Positions 1 through 8,987 of a stretch of DNA of 38,399 nt are shown here, piece after piece. The notes beneath the pieces are model-generated. The model did no database searches. It was not told the origin of the DNA and saw only the letters and a list, made by a program, of their open reading frames with translations. Position numbers and translations under genes: made by a program. Source of the DNA: a virus (lineage: Duplodnaviria; Caudoviricetes). The DNA lies in IMG/VR virus record IMGVR_UViG_3300005804_000120, positions 1 through 38,399 of that record; one strand, 5' to 3'. Numbering within the stretch: position 1 is the first letter of the stretch; the number at the start of each line of letters is the position of its first letter.

Positions 1-156
1 ATGGAACAGGAGTTTATGGATGCCATCGAATATATTGAAAGTCTATCAGCCGCCGAAAAGTTCGACACCATCCAGAAGATCTTGCGGCGCAGGCTTCCTG
101 AACCGGTAAACCAAGCCACTATTTCTCTTGTAGCCCTGTCTCGTTATTTGAAATGA
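1..156 (+). CDS. small hypothetical protein (51 aa), convergent with the repressor
   Basis: Manual translation MEQEFMDAIEYIESLSAAEK...SRYLK*; not in the ORF track (under 60 aa). Confidence 0.45.
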   Translation: MEQEFMDAIEYIESLSAAEKFDTIQKILRRRLPEPVNQATISLVALSRYLK

Positions 157-168
157 AATCAGTAGAGG

Positions 169-564
169 TCAGTTCTTGTCTTCAATTTTCTCGATCCTCT
201 CGAGAATCATCGCGTAAAACTCCCACGCCTTCTCCTGGTTCTTGAGCATCACCTGAACAGCCTTGCTTATTGGCTCAGGTAAACCGGCCACGTATTGTTT
301 AATCTGCTCCTCGGCAACCCCGCCGGCCCCGGTCTCCGTGGTTTTGGCTTCAATATAGATCACCTCACCGTCGTTCTTCAGCAGGGAATCCAGATTTACA
401 TTTTCGTTAACAGCCCAATCGACAATTAACGGCAGGATAGTCCCCTTTTTCTTCCTCGCACTGAAGTCCGGCGGAGACAGCCCTAAAAGCTTCGCAACTT
501 CAGCGTCTTTGGAGAGACCCTTTACCTTTTTTATTTTGTCGATGACCAGGTCGAAATTAATCAT
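169..564 (-). CDS. phage CI-like repressor (N-terminal HTH)
   Basis: MINFDLVIDKIKKVKGLSKDAEVAKLLGLSPPDFSARKKKGTI resembles a CI-type HTH; divergent from the early operon; likely ATG at 564 rather than 711. Confidence 0.8.
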   Translation of the reverse strand: MINFDLVIDKIKKVKGLSKDAEVAKLLGLSPPDFSARKKKGTILPLIVDWAVNENVNLDSLLKNDGEVIYIEAKTTETGAGGVAEEQIKQYVAGLPEPISKAVQVMLKNQEKAWEFYAMILERIEKIEDKN

Positions 565-640
565 AACGTTATTTTTCCCTTGACAGTGATAACGAATTAA
601 TATATTTGTTATCTTATCTTGACGGAAACACACCTTGACA
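563..640. promoter_or_regulatory. divergent repressor/early promoter-operator region
   Basis: AT-rich; TTGACA at 580-585 and 635-640; palindromes ATAACGTTAT (563-572) and GATAACGAAT-N6-ATTTGTTATC (588-613). Confidence 0.6.
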
Positions 641-660
641 CTTAGACGTGAGGAACTCAC

Positions 661-888
661 ATGACCAGCACACCTCAGTACAGGAAAATCAGGTCCACCA
701 TGATGCTTCATGGGGTGACGAACCAGCAGATCGCCGCCCAGGAGAACGTCACGGAGAGCTATGTAACCTTCGTAATTACCGGCCGTCGAGTAGGCCGGCG
801 CATCCGCCGTGCTATTGCACAGGCTTGCGGTGTGGCGGTTAGCGAATTATGGCCGGACGACGAGCCCGGCCTGCAGTGCGCCGCGTAA
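661..888 (+). CDS. Ner/Cro-like HTH regulator
   Basis: 75 aa; HTH (TNQQIAAQENVTESYVTFVITG) and IAQACGVAVSELWP tail typical of Ner; first early gene. Confidence 0.75.
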   Translation: MTSTPQYRKIRSTMMLHGVTNQQIAAQENVTESYVTFVITGRRVGRRIRRAIAQACGVAVSELWPDDEPGLQCAA

Positions 889-954
889 CCCAACATTGTT
901 GTGCACTCTATCAAACATGATTTGAGATTACCAGCCCGGAAAGGAACGGCAACA

Positions 955-1398
955 GTGAAACGAAATCAGAAATTGGACGAGAGGCTGTCCGCGCAAACCA
1001 ACCTGTTCGACACCGGGGTGGTTGAGGGGATGTTCGATGTCTCCCTGGGCTTCCGGCAGTGTCTTTCGCGCACGATGCATGATTGCGCGAAGCAGGGTAA
1101 GGACCGCTACCATATTGCCGCTGAGGTAAGCCGGTTGACCAGGTCCAGCGTGAGCAAGGAATCGTTGGATAAGTACTGCGGTTCGGACCTCAGCTACGGC
1201 ATGCGGGCCGAGCAGTTGACAGCGGTGTGTCACTCCATCGGCTCCCTGGAGCCCTTCCGCTACCTGCTGGATCCACTCGGATCGGACGTGCTGAATCCCG
1301 AGGACCTGGACCTGGTCCGGTTGGCACGACTGGAGGAAGATAAGCGGAAACTGGACGTGGAAATAGCGCAGCTCCGCGCCAAGCGCGGCATCAGGTAG
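955..1398 (+). CDS. phage regulatory protein (CII-like), putative
   Basis: ORF 901-1398; probable GTG at 955 after AAGGA; lies after ner; C-terminal coiled coil. Confidence 0.5.
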   Translation: MKRNQKLDERLSAQTNLFDTGVVEGMFDVSLGFRQCLSRTMHDCAKQGKDRYHIAAEVSRLTRSSVSKESLDKYCGSDLSYGMRAEQLTAVCHSIGSLEPFRYLLDPLGSDVLNPEDLDLVRLARLEEDKRKLDVEIAQLRAKRGIR

Positions 1399-1406
1399 GA
1401 GGGGAC

Positions 1407-1703
1407 ATGGCAACCACTTATAAACGCATCGAGGCGGTGCATAAGGCATGTGAAATCCTCGCGTTTCTTGGCAGGCAGAAAGAACCGATGAGCGGCCAGG
1501 ATATAGCAAAGGCAGTAAATATGGCCCAGGGCACGGTGATGTGCCACCTGGCAACCTTGGAAGATAACGGTTTTGTACAGCAAGTGGGTGGAGCTTGGCG
1601 GATCGGGATGGTATTGGCGCTTTTCTGGGCCAGAAAAAAAGCCGACCTCGAATCTGAGCGCCAACGGATTGATAACGATCTTGAAAAACTGGGAGGCGAG
1701 TAA
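1407..1703 (+). CDS. IclR-type winged-HTH protein
   Basis: AVHKACEILAFL...MSGQDIAKAVNMAQGTVMCHLATLEDNGFV matches the IclR N-terminal HTH; GGAGG RBS. Confidence 0.8.
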   Translation: MATTYKRIEAVHKACEILAFLGRQKEPMSGQDIAKAVNMAQGTVMCHLATLEDNGFVQQVGGAWRIGMVLALFWARKKADLESERQRIDNDLEKLGGE

Positions 1704-2617
1704 TGGGCCGGAAACAGAGTAACGACGAGAGAATTGAGGCTGTCGCAGAGATTTACGACGTGGCTAAGGCCGAGGCGAACCAGGAAGTAGCCAGGCTGAA
1801 GGAACGGGAGCAGTTGATAGCACAATCTCACGAGATGATCGGCAGGATCCAGGGCGTGGAAATGATCGCAAAAATGGCGACCGTCTCCACTTTGATCTGG
1901 TTGAAGGATGTAAAGGCCGCAAAAATATACCGCGACCTGCCCGGAATAGGCACCTGGGACGATTTCTGTAAATACCTGAAAAAAGACAGGAGAACAGTTG
2001 ACGAGGACCTGCAGAACCTTGCCGCCTTTGGTGAAGATTTTTTGGAGACGGTCGCCAGTTTACAGGTCGGCTACCGCGACCTGCGCAAGCTTCGCCAACT
2101 CACCCACGACGGCACCATTCAGGTAATTGACGACGCCATCGAGATATCCGGCGAGCGCATCCCCCTGGATGCCGACCACAAGGAGGATCTGCAGGCGGCC
2201 ATCGAGAAGGTCATCGAGGACCAGGCTGCGCTGAAAGACGAGCTATCGGCCCAGGGCAAGGCGCACGAGCGGGTCCAGAAGGAAACCCACAAGAGCATGG
2301 TCAAGCTGCAGAAAGACCTGGACAAGCTCTCCCGCGAAGCACGGGCAAAAGACCTCTCCCCCGAAGAAGACGCCTTCCTGCAACAGGTCGAAAACCTCTC
2401 CACCACCTTCCAGGGGTACCTGCTCCAGGTGCGCTCCCTGGTGGACGCCGAGGAGGTCCCCGGCGTCAGGGCGAAGACCGCCTTGGTCGCCTTCCTCAAC
2501 CAGGCCCGCATGGAGCTGAACGCCTATTACGACACGGCTTACGACCGGCACGCCGCCTCCGGCATGGCCCCCGAACAGGATTGGATCCCTCCGTTCGAGC
2601 GGAGCAAGCAGGGATAA
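1703..2617 (+). CDS. conserved Mu-like phage early protein (DUF3102-like, coiled coil)
   Basis: 304 aa; TAATG coupling; directly upstream of the transposase; GTWDDFCKYL motif. Confidence 0.6.
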   Translation: MGRKQSNDERIEAVAEIYDVAKAEANQEVARLKEREQLIAQSHEMIGRIQGVEMIAKMATVSTLIWLKDVKAAKIYRDLPGIGTWDDFCKYLKKDRRTVDEDLQNLAAFGEDFLETVASLQVGYRDLRKLRQLTHDGTIQVIDDAIEISGERIPLDADHKEDLQAAIEKVIEDQAALKDELSAQGKAHERVQKETHKSMVKLQKDLDKLSREARAKDLSPEEDAFLQQVENLSTTFQGYLLQVRSLVDAEEVPGVRAKTALVAFLNQARMELNAYYDTAYDRHAASGMAPEQDWIPPFERSKQG

Positions 2618-2644
2618 TAAGCGAAATCCATCCAGGAGGGGAGT

Positions 2645-4333
2645 ATGTGGCAGACAGAGCTGGCGACAAGGTTGAGCACGGCGGGACACGGAGAGCGAAC
2701 GGCAATCATTGCCGTTTACCAGGAGCAGACCGGCTATTCACGGGAACATCTCTACCGGATTGCCCGGGGCAACGGATTCGAATCCGGCCGAAAAACCCGG
2801 GATGACCGGGGCTCCCGGAAATGCGGGCTCACCGATGACCAGCTCACGTTTTTGTCGGGCATCCTCTTCAAGACCGGCAGGGAGAACAAAGGGGCCATCA
2901 TGCCTATTGAGACGGCCCTGGAGATTGCGGTGGACAACGGCATCATCGAGCCGGGCCAGGCATGCGCCGGGACCATAGCCCGGCACTTGAGGGAACTGCA
3001 GATGAGCAAGGAACGGCTGAAAGACCCAACCCCGCACACGGAGCTCCGGAGCCTGCACCCAAACTACTGCCACCTGGTCGACGTTTCGGTCTGCATCCAG
3101 TACTACCTGCGCGACGGCCGCATGGGCATCATGGACGAGCGCGATTTCTACAAGAACAAGCCGGACGCCTTCAGTCGGGTCAAACAGAAGCTCCTGCGCT
3201 ACGTCTTGGACGATCACTTTTCCGGCCTGTTCTTCTTTCGCTACTACGTGGCCGAGGGCGAGAGCCGGGCGAACCTGTGGGACTTTCTGAAGATCTGCTG
3301 GCGGGCCAAAGACGACAGCCGGCTGCCGTTCCGCGGCGTCCCCTTCTTTATCCTAATGGACGCGGGCAGCGCCCAGCAAAGCCATGCCATGCAGGCGTTT
3401 TTCCGGGGCCTCGGCATCGAGCGACCCAAGGGGAAACCCTACAATCCCCGCCGTCAGGGAGCGGTCGAGACCACCCACACCATCATCGAAAACCACTTCG
3501 AGACCCGTCTGCGGATCTGCCCGGCCCACTCGGTTGAAGAGCTCAACTGCTGGGCGTGCGACTGGATGATCCACTTCCACGCCACCCGCAAGCACACCCG
3601 CCACGGAGAGACCCGTCTCGCCTCTTGGCTGCGCATCCAGCCAGAGCAGCTGCGCGACCTGCCCGATGACGAAACCCTGCAGATCATCTACACCGACCCC
3701 GCGGTGGAATGCACCGTGCGCAATTACCAGTTCAGCTATCGGACCGAGACCTTCCGGGTCAAACATCTACCCGGCATGCACCACAACGCCAGGGTCCAGG
3801 TGTGCGTCAACCCGTACCGCTGGCAAAACGAGCGGGTGGTCACGGTCATGTGGCAGAACACACCCTATGAGGTCCAGGCGGTCAAGTTCCTGGGCACGGA
3901 GCTGGGCGGGTTTAGCGAGCACGCCAAGGTTATCGGTGTCGAATACGGGGCGCAACCCATGACCCAGACCCAGCGGGCCATCGAGCGGATCAACGAGATC
4001 GCCCACGGCGAGAAGGCTCCCAAGAAGGGGGATATTCCCTTCGAGGGACTGACAGTATTCGGCCACCAGGCCGACAAGGTCGACAACCTGGCCACCATGC
4101 CCAAGCGCGGAGTGCCCATCGAGATTGCCCGGCCGGCCGCTCCGGTTGAATACCCCATCATGGAGCTGTTCAAGAGGCTGCGAGCAGCGGGCATCATCCT
4201 CACCATGGAGACGAACCGGGACCTGCGGGCCGAGTTCCGGGGCACGGTCACGGCGGGGGACATCGAGACGGTAATCGCCCGGCTCACCGGTCGGGAGACG
4301 AAGGAAAAACAACAGCTGGCTGCCGGGGATTAA
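2645..4333 (+). CDS. Mu-like DDE transposase (MuA analogue)
   Basis: 562 aa; putative catalytic D (HLVDVS), D (ILMDAGS) and E (RQGAVETTH); N-terminal HTH; followed by an AAA ATPase. Confidence 0.9.
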   Translation: MWQTELATRLSTAGHGERTAIIAVYQEQTGYSREHLYRIARGNGFESGRKTRDDRGSRKCGLTDDQLTFLSGILFKTGRENKGAIMPIETALEIAVDNGIIEPGQACAGTIARHLRELQMSKERLKDPTPHTELRSLHPNYCHLVDVSVCIQYYLRDGRMGIMDERDFYKNKPDAFSRVKQKLLRYVLDDHFSGLFFFRYYVAEGESRANLWDFLKICWRAKDDSRLPFRGVPFFILMDAGSAQQSHAMQAFFRGLGIERPKGKPYNPRRQGAVETTHTIIENHFETRLRICPAHSVEELNCWACDWMIHFHATRKHTRHGETRLASWLRIQPEQLRDLPDDETLQIIYTDPAVECTVRNYQFSYRTETFRVKHLPGMHHNARVQVCVNPYRWQNERVVTVMWQNTPYEVQAVKFLGTELGGFSEHAKVIGVEYGAQPMTQTQRAIERINEIAHGEKAPKKGDIPFEGLTVFGHQADKVDNLATMPKRGVPIEIARPAAPVEYPIMELFKRLRAAGIILTMETNRDLRAEFRGTVTAGDIETVIARLTGRETKEKQQLAAGD

Positions 4334-4379
4334 CGGCGGGGGCTGGAGGCTGGAAATTCAAATTCAATAGAGGTGTGAA

Positions 4380-4604
4380 ATGGCAAGCAGAGTGACCATC
4401 GACCTGGACAGCACGGGATACACCATCCAGGTAAGACGTGACGGGAAAATCTACACCGAAGTTTACCGCGTGGATGCACAGCGGGGCAGAGTCGGCTGCA
4501 TCAGCGGCAATCACCAGGACATCGCCGGCCTTCTCAGGCTGGCCGCCCCCTTTTCCGCCACCGGACGGGCTGCCCACGACCTGATGCGCGCGCTGGAGGT
4601 GTGA
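4380..4604 (+). CDS. hypothetical protein
   Basis: 74 aa; GAGGTG RBS; between transposase and ATPase. Confidence 0.6.
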   Translation: MASRVTIDLDSTGYTIQVRRDGKIYTEVYRVDAQRGRVGCISGNHQDIAGLLRLAAPFSATGRAAHDLMRALEV

Positions 4605-4605
4605 C

Positions 4606-5838
4606 ATGGCCAAACCGACACCAGTACGCCTGCTGGAGCAAGACGCCATCATCCTCAAGGAGCTGGCGCTCGAGTGCGACATCAATCAGGGCGATCTGGC
4701 CCGCCACCTGGGGGTATCGCGGCCCACGGTGAACAACATCCTGAACAAAGGCGCCGTGCCGGTCCGGACCCCGGATTACCGAGTGAGGGTCGAGCAATTC
4801 CTGCTGCGCGTTTCACGGGTTCACGAATACTTGGACCGCACCGGGTACCGGATATCCGACATCTGGAACCCGCTCGGCAAGCAACTTCACGGGGCGCACC
4901 CGACCAACACCTGGAAAAAGGGCAAGCGCGGCCCAGCGCTGGTCCCGGGGAATCCCCACGCAATCACTATTCAATGGGAGGTAGAGATGATTTCGCAAGA
5001 GGCAATGAAGAACTTCAAGCTGTTCCGCAACCCGTTCATAGACGACATCCAAAAGGACGGCGACATCTACATGAGCGACGAGCACCGCTACATCGAGGCG
5101 GCCATGCTCGACGCCGCCCGGCATGGCGGTTTCCTGGCCGTCATCGGTGAGGTCGGGAGCGGCAAGAGCGTCATGCGGCGCAAGGTCATCGAGCAGCTGA
5201 AGCGGGACGGCGACATGCTGGTCATCTATCCGCAGACCATCGACAAGACAAGGCTCACCGCCGGTTCCATCTGCGACGCCATCGTCTACGACATCAGCAG
5301 CGAGAAGGCCAAGGTGAAACTGGAGGACAAGTCCCGCCAGGTGCAGCGCCTGCTGCTGGACCGGGCGAAATCGGGCTATCGCGCCTGCCTCATCATCGAG
5401 GAGGCCCACGACCTGAGCGTGCAGACGCTCAAGTTCCTGAAGCGGTTCTACGAGCTGGAGGACGGCTACCGCAAGCTGCTCGGCATCGTGCTGATAGGCC
5501 AGACCGAGCTGAAGGAGATGTTCGACGAGGGACAGCACGTGGACATGCGCGAGGTGATCCGCCGCGTGCAGGTCGCCGAGATCCAGGGGCTGAACGGTCA
5601 CTTGAGGGATTACCTGTCGGTCAAGTTTAAGCGGATCGGCGCGAAGCTGGAGGATATCTTCGCCGAAGAGGCGTTCGAAGCGTTCTCCCGCCGGCTCACC
5701 AGCACAGGCCGCGACGGCAAGACCAAGGTCAGCCACGCCTACCCGCTCCTGGTCAACAATTACGTGGCCCGGGCGCTCAACCTGGCTTGCGACTGGGGCG
5801 AGGCGAAGGTATCGGCGGATATCGTGGAGGCGATCTGA
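4606..5838 (+). CDS. transposition AAA+ ATPase (MuB/ExeA-like) with N-terminal HTH
   Basis: Walker A GEVGSGKS, Walker B LIIEEAH; HTH INQGDLARHLGVSRPTVNNIL. Confidence 0.9.
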   Translation: MAKPTPVRLLEQDAIILKELALECDINQGDLARHLGVSRPTVNNILNKGAVPVRTPDYRVRVEQFLLRVSRVHEYLDRTGYRISDIWNPLGKQLHGAHPTNTWKKGKRGPALVPGNPHAITIQWEVEMISQEAMKNFKLFRNPFIDDIQKDGDIYMSDEHRYIEAAMLDAARHGGFLAVIGEVGSGKSVMRRKVIEQLKRDGDMLVIYPQTIDKTRLTAGSICDAIVYDISSEKAKVKLEDKSRQVQRLLLDRAKSGYRACLIIEEAHDLSVQTLKFLKRFYELEDGYRKLLGIVLIGQTELKEMFDEGQHVDMREVIRRVQVAEIQGLNGHLRDYLSVKFKRIGAKLEDIFAEEAFEAFSRRLTSTGRDGKTKVSHAYPLLVNNYVARALNLACDWGEAKVSADIVEAI

Positions 5839-5841
5839 AAC

Positions 5842-5869
5842 CGGTGAACAGTGAAGGGTGAATAGTGAA
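5842..5869 (+). repeat. heptamer tandem repeat (NNGTGAA x4)
   Basis: CGGTGAA CAGTGAA GGGTGAA TAGTGAA. Confidence 0.8.
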
Positions 5870-5880
5870 AGGAGGAAGGT

Positions 5881-6228
5881 ATGCAAAGCATGGTACTCAC
5901 GAAAGACGGCATCAATGATTTTGCGCCGATGCTCCGGGACCACATATTGGTCGACATCGTGGATAACACGGATCACGGCTATGAAGAAACTGCACCTGCA
6001 ATTCCCAACCTGCTTCGTATCCAAGTAGACGATTATCGGCCTGACGAGAGCGAGGAGTGGGATGTGGATGAGTGGGAGAGCCGTCAGGGGGTGATTTTTG
6101 CGCCGGCCACACGGGAAATGTGGGCCACGGCGTGGCGGATGGCAAGGGCTCTTTGCAAACACGGCCTGGTTTTCGTGAACGGTCCGGATGTCCATTGTTT
6201 CCTGCCGGGCGTGATGGTGCTGTCATGA
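5881..6228 (+). CDS. hypothetical protein
   Basis: 115 aa; GGAGG RBS; ATGA overlap with the next gene. Confidence 0.65.
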   Translation: MQSMVLTKDGINDFAPMLRDHILVDIVDNTDHGYEETAPAIPNLLRIQVDDYRPDESEEWDVDEWESRQGVIFAPATREMWATAWRMARALCKHGLVFVNGPDVHCFLPGVMVLS

Positions 6229-6713
6229 ACACCAAACCTAAACGCTACGGAAAACAGCCCATCAACGGGCGGCAGATAAAGCAGATCCACGCCATTGTCG
6301 GCAAGCTCGGCATGGCGGATGACGAGTACCGGGCGCTGCTCCAGGGGATGTTCGGAGCTGCGAGTTGCAAGGAGTTGAGCTGGGCGGAGGCGGAGGATCT
6401 GGTGGCGGAGCTGAACGGGAAAGCGGGGAATCCCCCCCGGCCCCCCTTTGCCAAAGGGGGGAGTGTACACGGCAAGTTGTACGCCGACCTGGACGGCAGG
6501 CCCGGCATGGCCACCGGCGCGCAGTGCCGGATGATCGCCGGGATGTGGGCCGACGTGTCACGGATGCCGGATGCGGAGAGCCGGGAGAAGGCGCTGCTGC
6601 AGTTCCTCTACCGGATCGTGGGCGTGCATCACTTCCGGTTCCTGCGGGCGTACAAGGTCGAGAAGGTGGTCAAGGCATTGGAGGCCATGGGCGCGGTAGC
6701 GCCGGGCCGGTAA
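6225..6713 (+). CDS. gemA: GemA/Mu gp16 family protein (DUF1018)
   Basis: QIKQIHAIVGKLGMADDEYRALL...SCKEL and QCRMIAGMW...KVVKALEAM motifs; ATG at 6225. Confidence 0.8.
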   Translation: MNTKPKRYGKQPINGRQIKQIHAIVGKLGMADDEYRALLQGMFGAASCKELSWAEAEDLVAELNGKAGNPPRPPFAKGGSVHGKLYADLDGRPGMATGAQCRMIAGMWADVSRMPDAESREKALLQFLYRIVGVHHFRFLRAYKVEKVVKALEAMGAVAPGR

Positions 6714-6733
6714 GGGTGACGGGAGGTGGAGAC

Positions 6734-6865
6734 GTGCTGAGGTTGGTGCTCTGGTATCTGGCAATCGCGGCCGTGGCTCTGGTGATCTGGTACCCGTACG
6801 GCGCCACGGCCAAGCGGTCCGACAAGGAAAACGAGAAGCAACTCAACGATATGCCGCACTACTGA
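6734..6865 (+). CDS. small membrane protein (43 aa)
   Basis: GGAGGTGG RBS, GTG start; hydrophobic LVLWYLAIAAVALVIWY. Confidence 0.5.
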   Translation: MLRLVLWYLAIAAVALVIWYPYGATAKRSDKENEKQLNDMPHY

Positions 6866-6877
6866 AAGGGGGTTCGA

Positions 6878-7027
6878 ATGGTACGCAATCTTATGAGCTG
6901 GCTGAAATATCGTAAGTTTCGCAGGGAGCAGGCGGCGCGCGCCGCTTCGCTGGCGGTGCAACTGGTATGCAGCGGGTGCCTGGCGCCGCCCAGGCTGGTC
7001 GGGACCAGGCCGAGGATCGCAGCGTGA
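6878..7027 (+). CDS. small hypothetical protein (49 aa)
   Basis: Manual translation MVRNLMSWLKYRKFRREQ...RIAA*; AAGGGG RBS; GTGA overlap with the next gene. Confidence 0.45.
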   Translation: MVRNLMSWLKYRKFRREQAARAASLAVQLVCSGCLAPPRLVGTRPRIAA

Positions 7028-7251
7028 GCGGCTGGGCGATAACTGCCATCTTGCTCATAGCCATGGCGGGCGTGAGCGCCGGGTCATGCTGGCGCGCCTG
7101 GAAGCAATATCAGCGGGACGTGGCGGCTATCGACGCAAGAGCCGCCGCGCACAACGCCAGGATGGACAAGGAGCTGGCCGACAGACTGGCGGAGGTAAGG
7201 GGTTACAGGGACAGGGTCAGACAGGAGCTGAAGAGGCGCAATAAACGGTAG
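7024..7251 (+). CDS. small protein with N-terminal TM helix and coiled coil
   Basis: GTG at 7024; VSGWAITAILLIAMAGVSAG then a charged helix. Confidence 0.55.
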   Translation: MSGWAITAILLIAMAGVSAGSCWRAWKQYQRDVAAIDARAAAHNARMDKELADRLAEVRGYRDRVRQELKRRNKR

Positions 7252-7284
7252 GGGCGGATGGAGTCCGCCCGGGAAAGGGGCAAC

Positions 7285-7824
7285 ATGGCATCACTGGCAG
7301 AGATAGAAGCGGCGACGAAGCACTACGCGGACAACCGGGAGCTGTTGATCCTGCGGGTCCAGGAGCTGCAGGACAGGATCGAGGAGCTGAAGCGGGATTT
7401 TCTCCCGGCCATCAAGGAGACGGCGGCGGACACGGCCAACGCCAAGGGGAGTCTGGAGGCGCTGATTGACGACAGCCGGAACCTGTTCAAGAAGCCGCGC
7501 AGCATCATCATCAGCGGCATCAAGGTGGGCCTGCAGAAGGGCAAAGGGGGGCTGGAGTATGACGACGAGGCCGCCGTGATCCGGCTGATCCGGAAGCACC
7601 TCCCGGAGGAGCAGCACGAGTTGCTTATCAAGGTCATCGAGAAGGTCATCAAGAAGGCCCTGGGCGAGCTGGACGTCATCACGCTGAAGAAGCTCGGCGT
7701 CACCGTCCAGGGGACCGGTGACGTGGTCCTGGTCAAGCCGGTGGACAGCGACGTGGACAAGATCGTCAACGCCATGCTGAAGGAAGCGGCCGGCGAGGCG
7801 GAGGACATGGAGGAGGCGGCCTGA
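7285..7824 (+). CDS. gam: Mu Gam-like host-nuclease inhibitor
   Basis: Coiled-coil N-terminus, then LFKKPRSIIISGIKVGLQKGKG...IKKAL...LKKLGV; position in the semi-essential region. Confidence 0.65.
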   Translation: MASLAEIEAATKHYADNRELLILRVQELQDRIEELKRDFLPAIKETAADTANAKGSLEALIDDSRNLFKKPRSIIISGIKVGLQKGKGGLEYDDEAAVIRLIRKHLPEEQHELLIKVIEKVIKKALGELDVITLKKLGVTVQGTGDVVLVKPVDSDVDKIVNAMLKEAAGEAEDMEEAA

Positions 7825-8030
7825 TGAACTGCCCGGGATGTGCACACAACATCGAGGAGCATGACATCGACGTCCTGGAAAGCGGCCTCATCATCGGGAT
7901 GGAGGTCAGCTTCACCTGCGGAGGGTGCGGTGAGGAGTACTGCTGCATCGTGGTGCCCGCGAGCTTTGTCAAGGTATCCGCCCTTGCCGGCGCGGGGCGG
8001 GACAAATCACCTTTCATGGAGGCGACATGA
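7824..8030 (+). CDS. small CxxC...CxxC protein
   Basis: CPGC...CGGC; TGATG coupling. Confidence 0.55.
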   Translation: MNCPGCAHNIEEHDIDVLESGLIIGMEVSFTCGGCGEEYCCIVVPASFVKVSALAGAGRDKSPFMEAT

Positions 8031-8116
8031 TGACCTGTCCGGAATGCGGCGCGAGGATGATCCACATGAGCGGCTGTTTTACCTGCATCTGCTGCGGGCA
8101 CAGCTGCGAAGGATAG
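8027..8116 (+). CDS. 29-aa Cys-rich zinc-ribbon microprotein
   Basis: GGAGG RBS; ATGA overlap; MMTCPECGARMIHMSGCFTCICCGHSCEG*. Confidence 0.55.
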   Translation: MMTCPECGARMIHMSGCFTCICCGHSCEG

Positions 8117-8152
8117 GGATCGAGGAACGAGGTTCGAGGAGGGGCCTGCGCG

Positions 8153-8335
8153 ATGGGAGAGCTGAAACGGGAAAAGGAAATCATAGGTGTTGAGACGGTC
8201 GGCGACCTGCGGGAAGCGCTCTCCGAGCTGGGGCTGGTGGATGCGGTCCCAATAACGGACTGCATGGGCGAGGGGCTCTTGCTGACCCTCTTTCGGGACC
8301 TGGAGTCTGGGGAGTTGTCGGTGGTGCTGAAATAG
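8153..8335 (+). CDS. hypothetical protein
   Basis: 60 aa; GAGGAGG RBS. Confidence 0.55.
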   Translation: MGELKREKEIIGVETVGDLREALSELGLVDAVPITDCMGEGLLLTLFRDLESGELSVVLK

Positions 8336-8344
8336 GGAGGGATT

Positions 8345-8548
8345 ATGAAACTGCCGTATTTTGTTTTCATCGCCACCTGCAAGAACAGTAACTGCAGGAA
8401 CTATGGCAAGGAATTCACCCGGGAGAAAAAGGGGGCGACTTACAAGTCTACATCAGGGGAGACGAGGCAAATCGCGCAAATAGCATGCCCTCTCTGCAGG
8501 TGCTGGTCAAGGATCAGCAAGTACAGGCATATGAGATTGCCGGGGTAA
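8345..8548 (+). CDS. small Cys-containing protein
   Basis: CKNSNC...CPLC; GGGAGG RBS. Confidence 0.55.
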   Translation: MKLPYFVFIATCKNSNCRNYGKEFTREKKGATYKSTSGETRQIAQIACPLCRCWSRISKYRHMRLPG

Positions 8549-8558
8549 TTCGCGAAAT

Positions 8559-8615
8559 ACCTCCCCCCAGCCCCCTCCTTATCAAGGAGGGGGAGCCCGT
8601 CAGGGCGGGGGTGGT
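8559..8615. repeat. 57-bp palindromic (REP/MITE-like) element, copy A
   Basis: Core CCCCCTCCTT-ATC-AAGGAGGGGG; 51/57 identical to the reverse complement of 10834-10890. Confidence 0.8.
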
Positions 8616-8699
8616 ATCGTCCGGAGGTGGCGCTCCGGGCCTGATGAGCAGCCGGAAAACCAGGAACGAGGTTCGAGGAGCGAGGATCGAGGAGGTGCG

Positions 8700-8987
8700 A
8701 TGAAGCGAAGCAACGGCATCCATTACGCGAGATTCGAGGACAGCGACCGGCTGCAGCGGGTCCTGGATTTGATGCTGGACGGCAGGCAGCGGACCACCCG
8801 GGAGATCAGCCGCGGGGCCGAGGTGGAGGCGGTCAACTCGGCTGCCTGCGAACTGCGGTCCAACGGCTTCGACCTGGTCTGTATCCGCAAGTCACGCCCG
8901 GCTATCTATCAGCTGTTCAACGTGGAAGCGGCGCGCTGCGAGTCTGTTATTCGGTTGGCTCGGCGGCGCCTGGAGGAGGCAGCATGA
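8700..8987 (+). CDS. putative winged-HTH phage protein
   Basis: RLQRVLDLMLDGRQRTTREI...AVNSAACELRSNG; GGAGG RBS. Confidence 0.65.
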   Translation: MKRSNGIHYARFEDSDRLQRVLDLMLDGRQRTTREISRGAEVEAVNSAACELRSNGFDLVCIRKSRPAIYQLFNVEAARCESVIRLARRRLEEAA

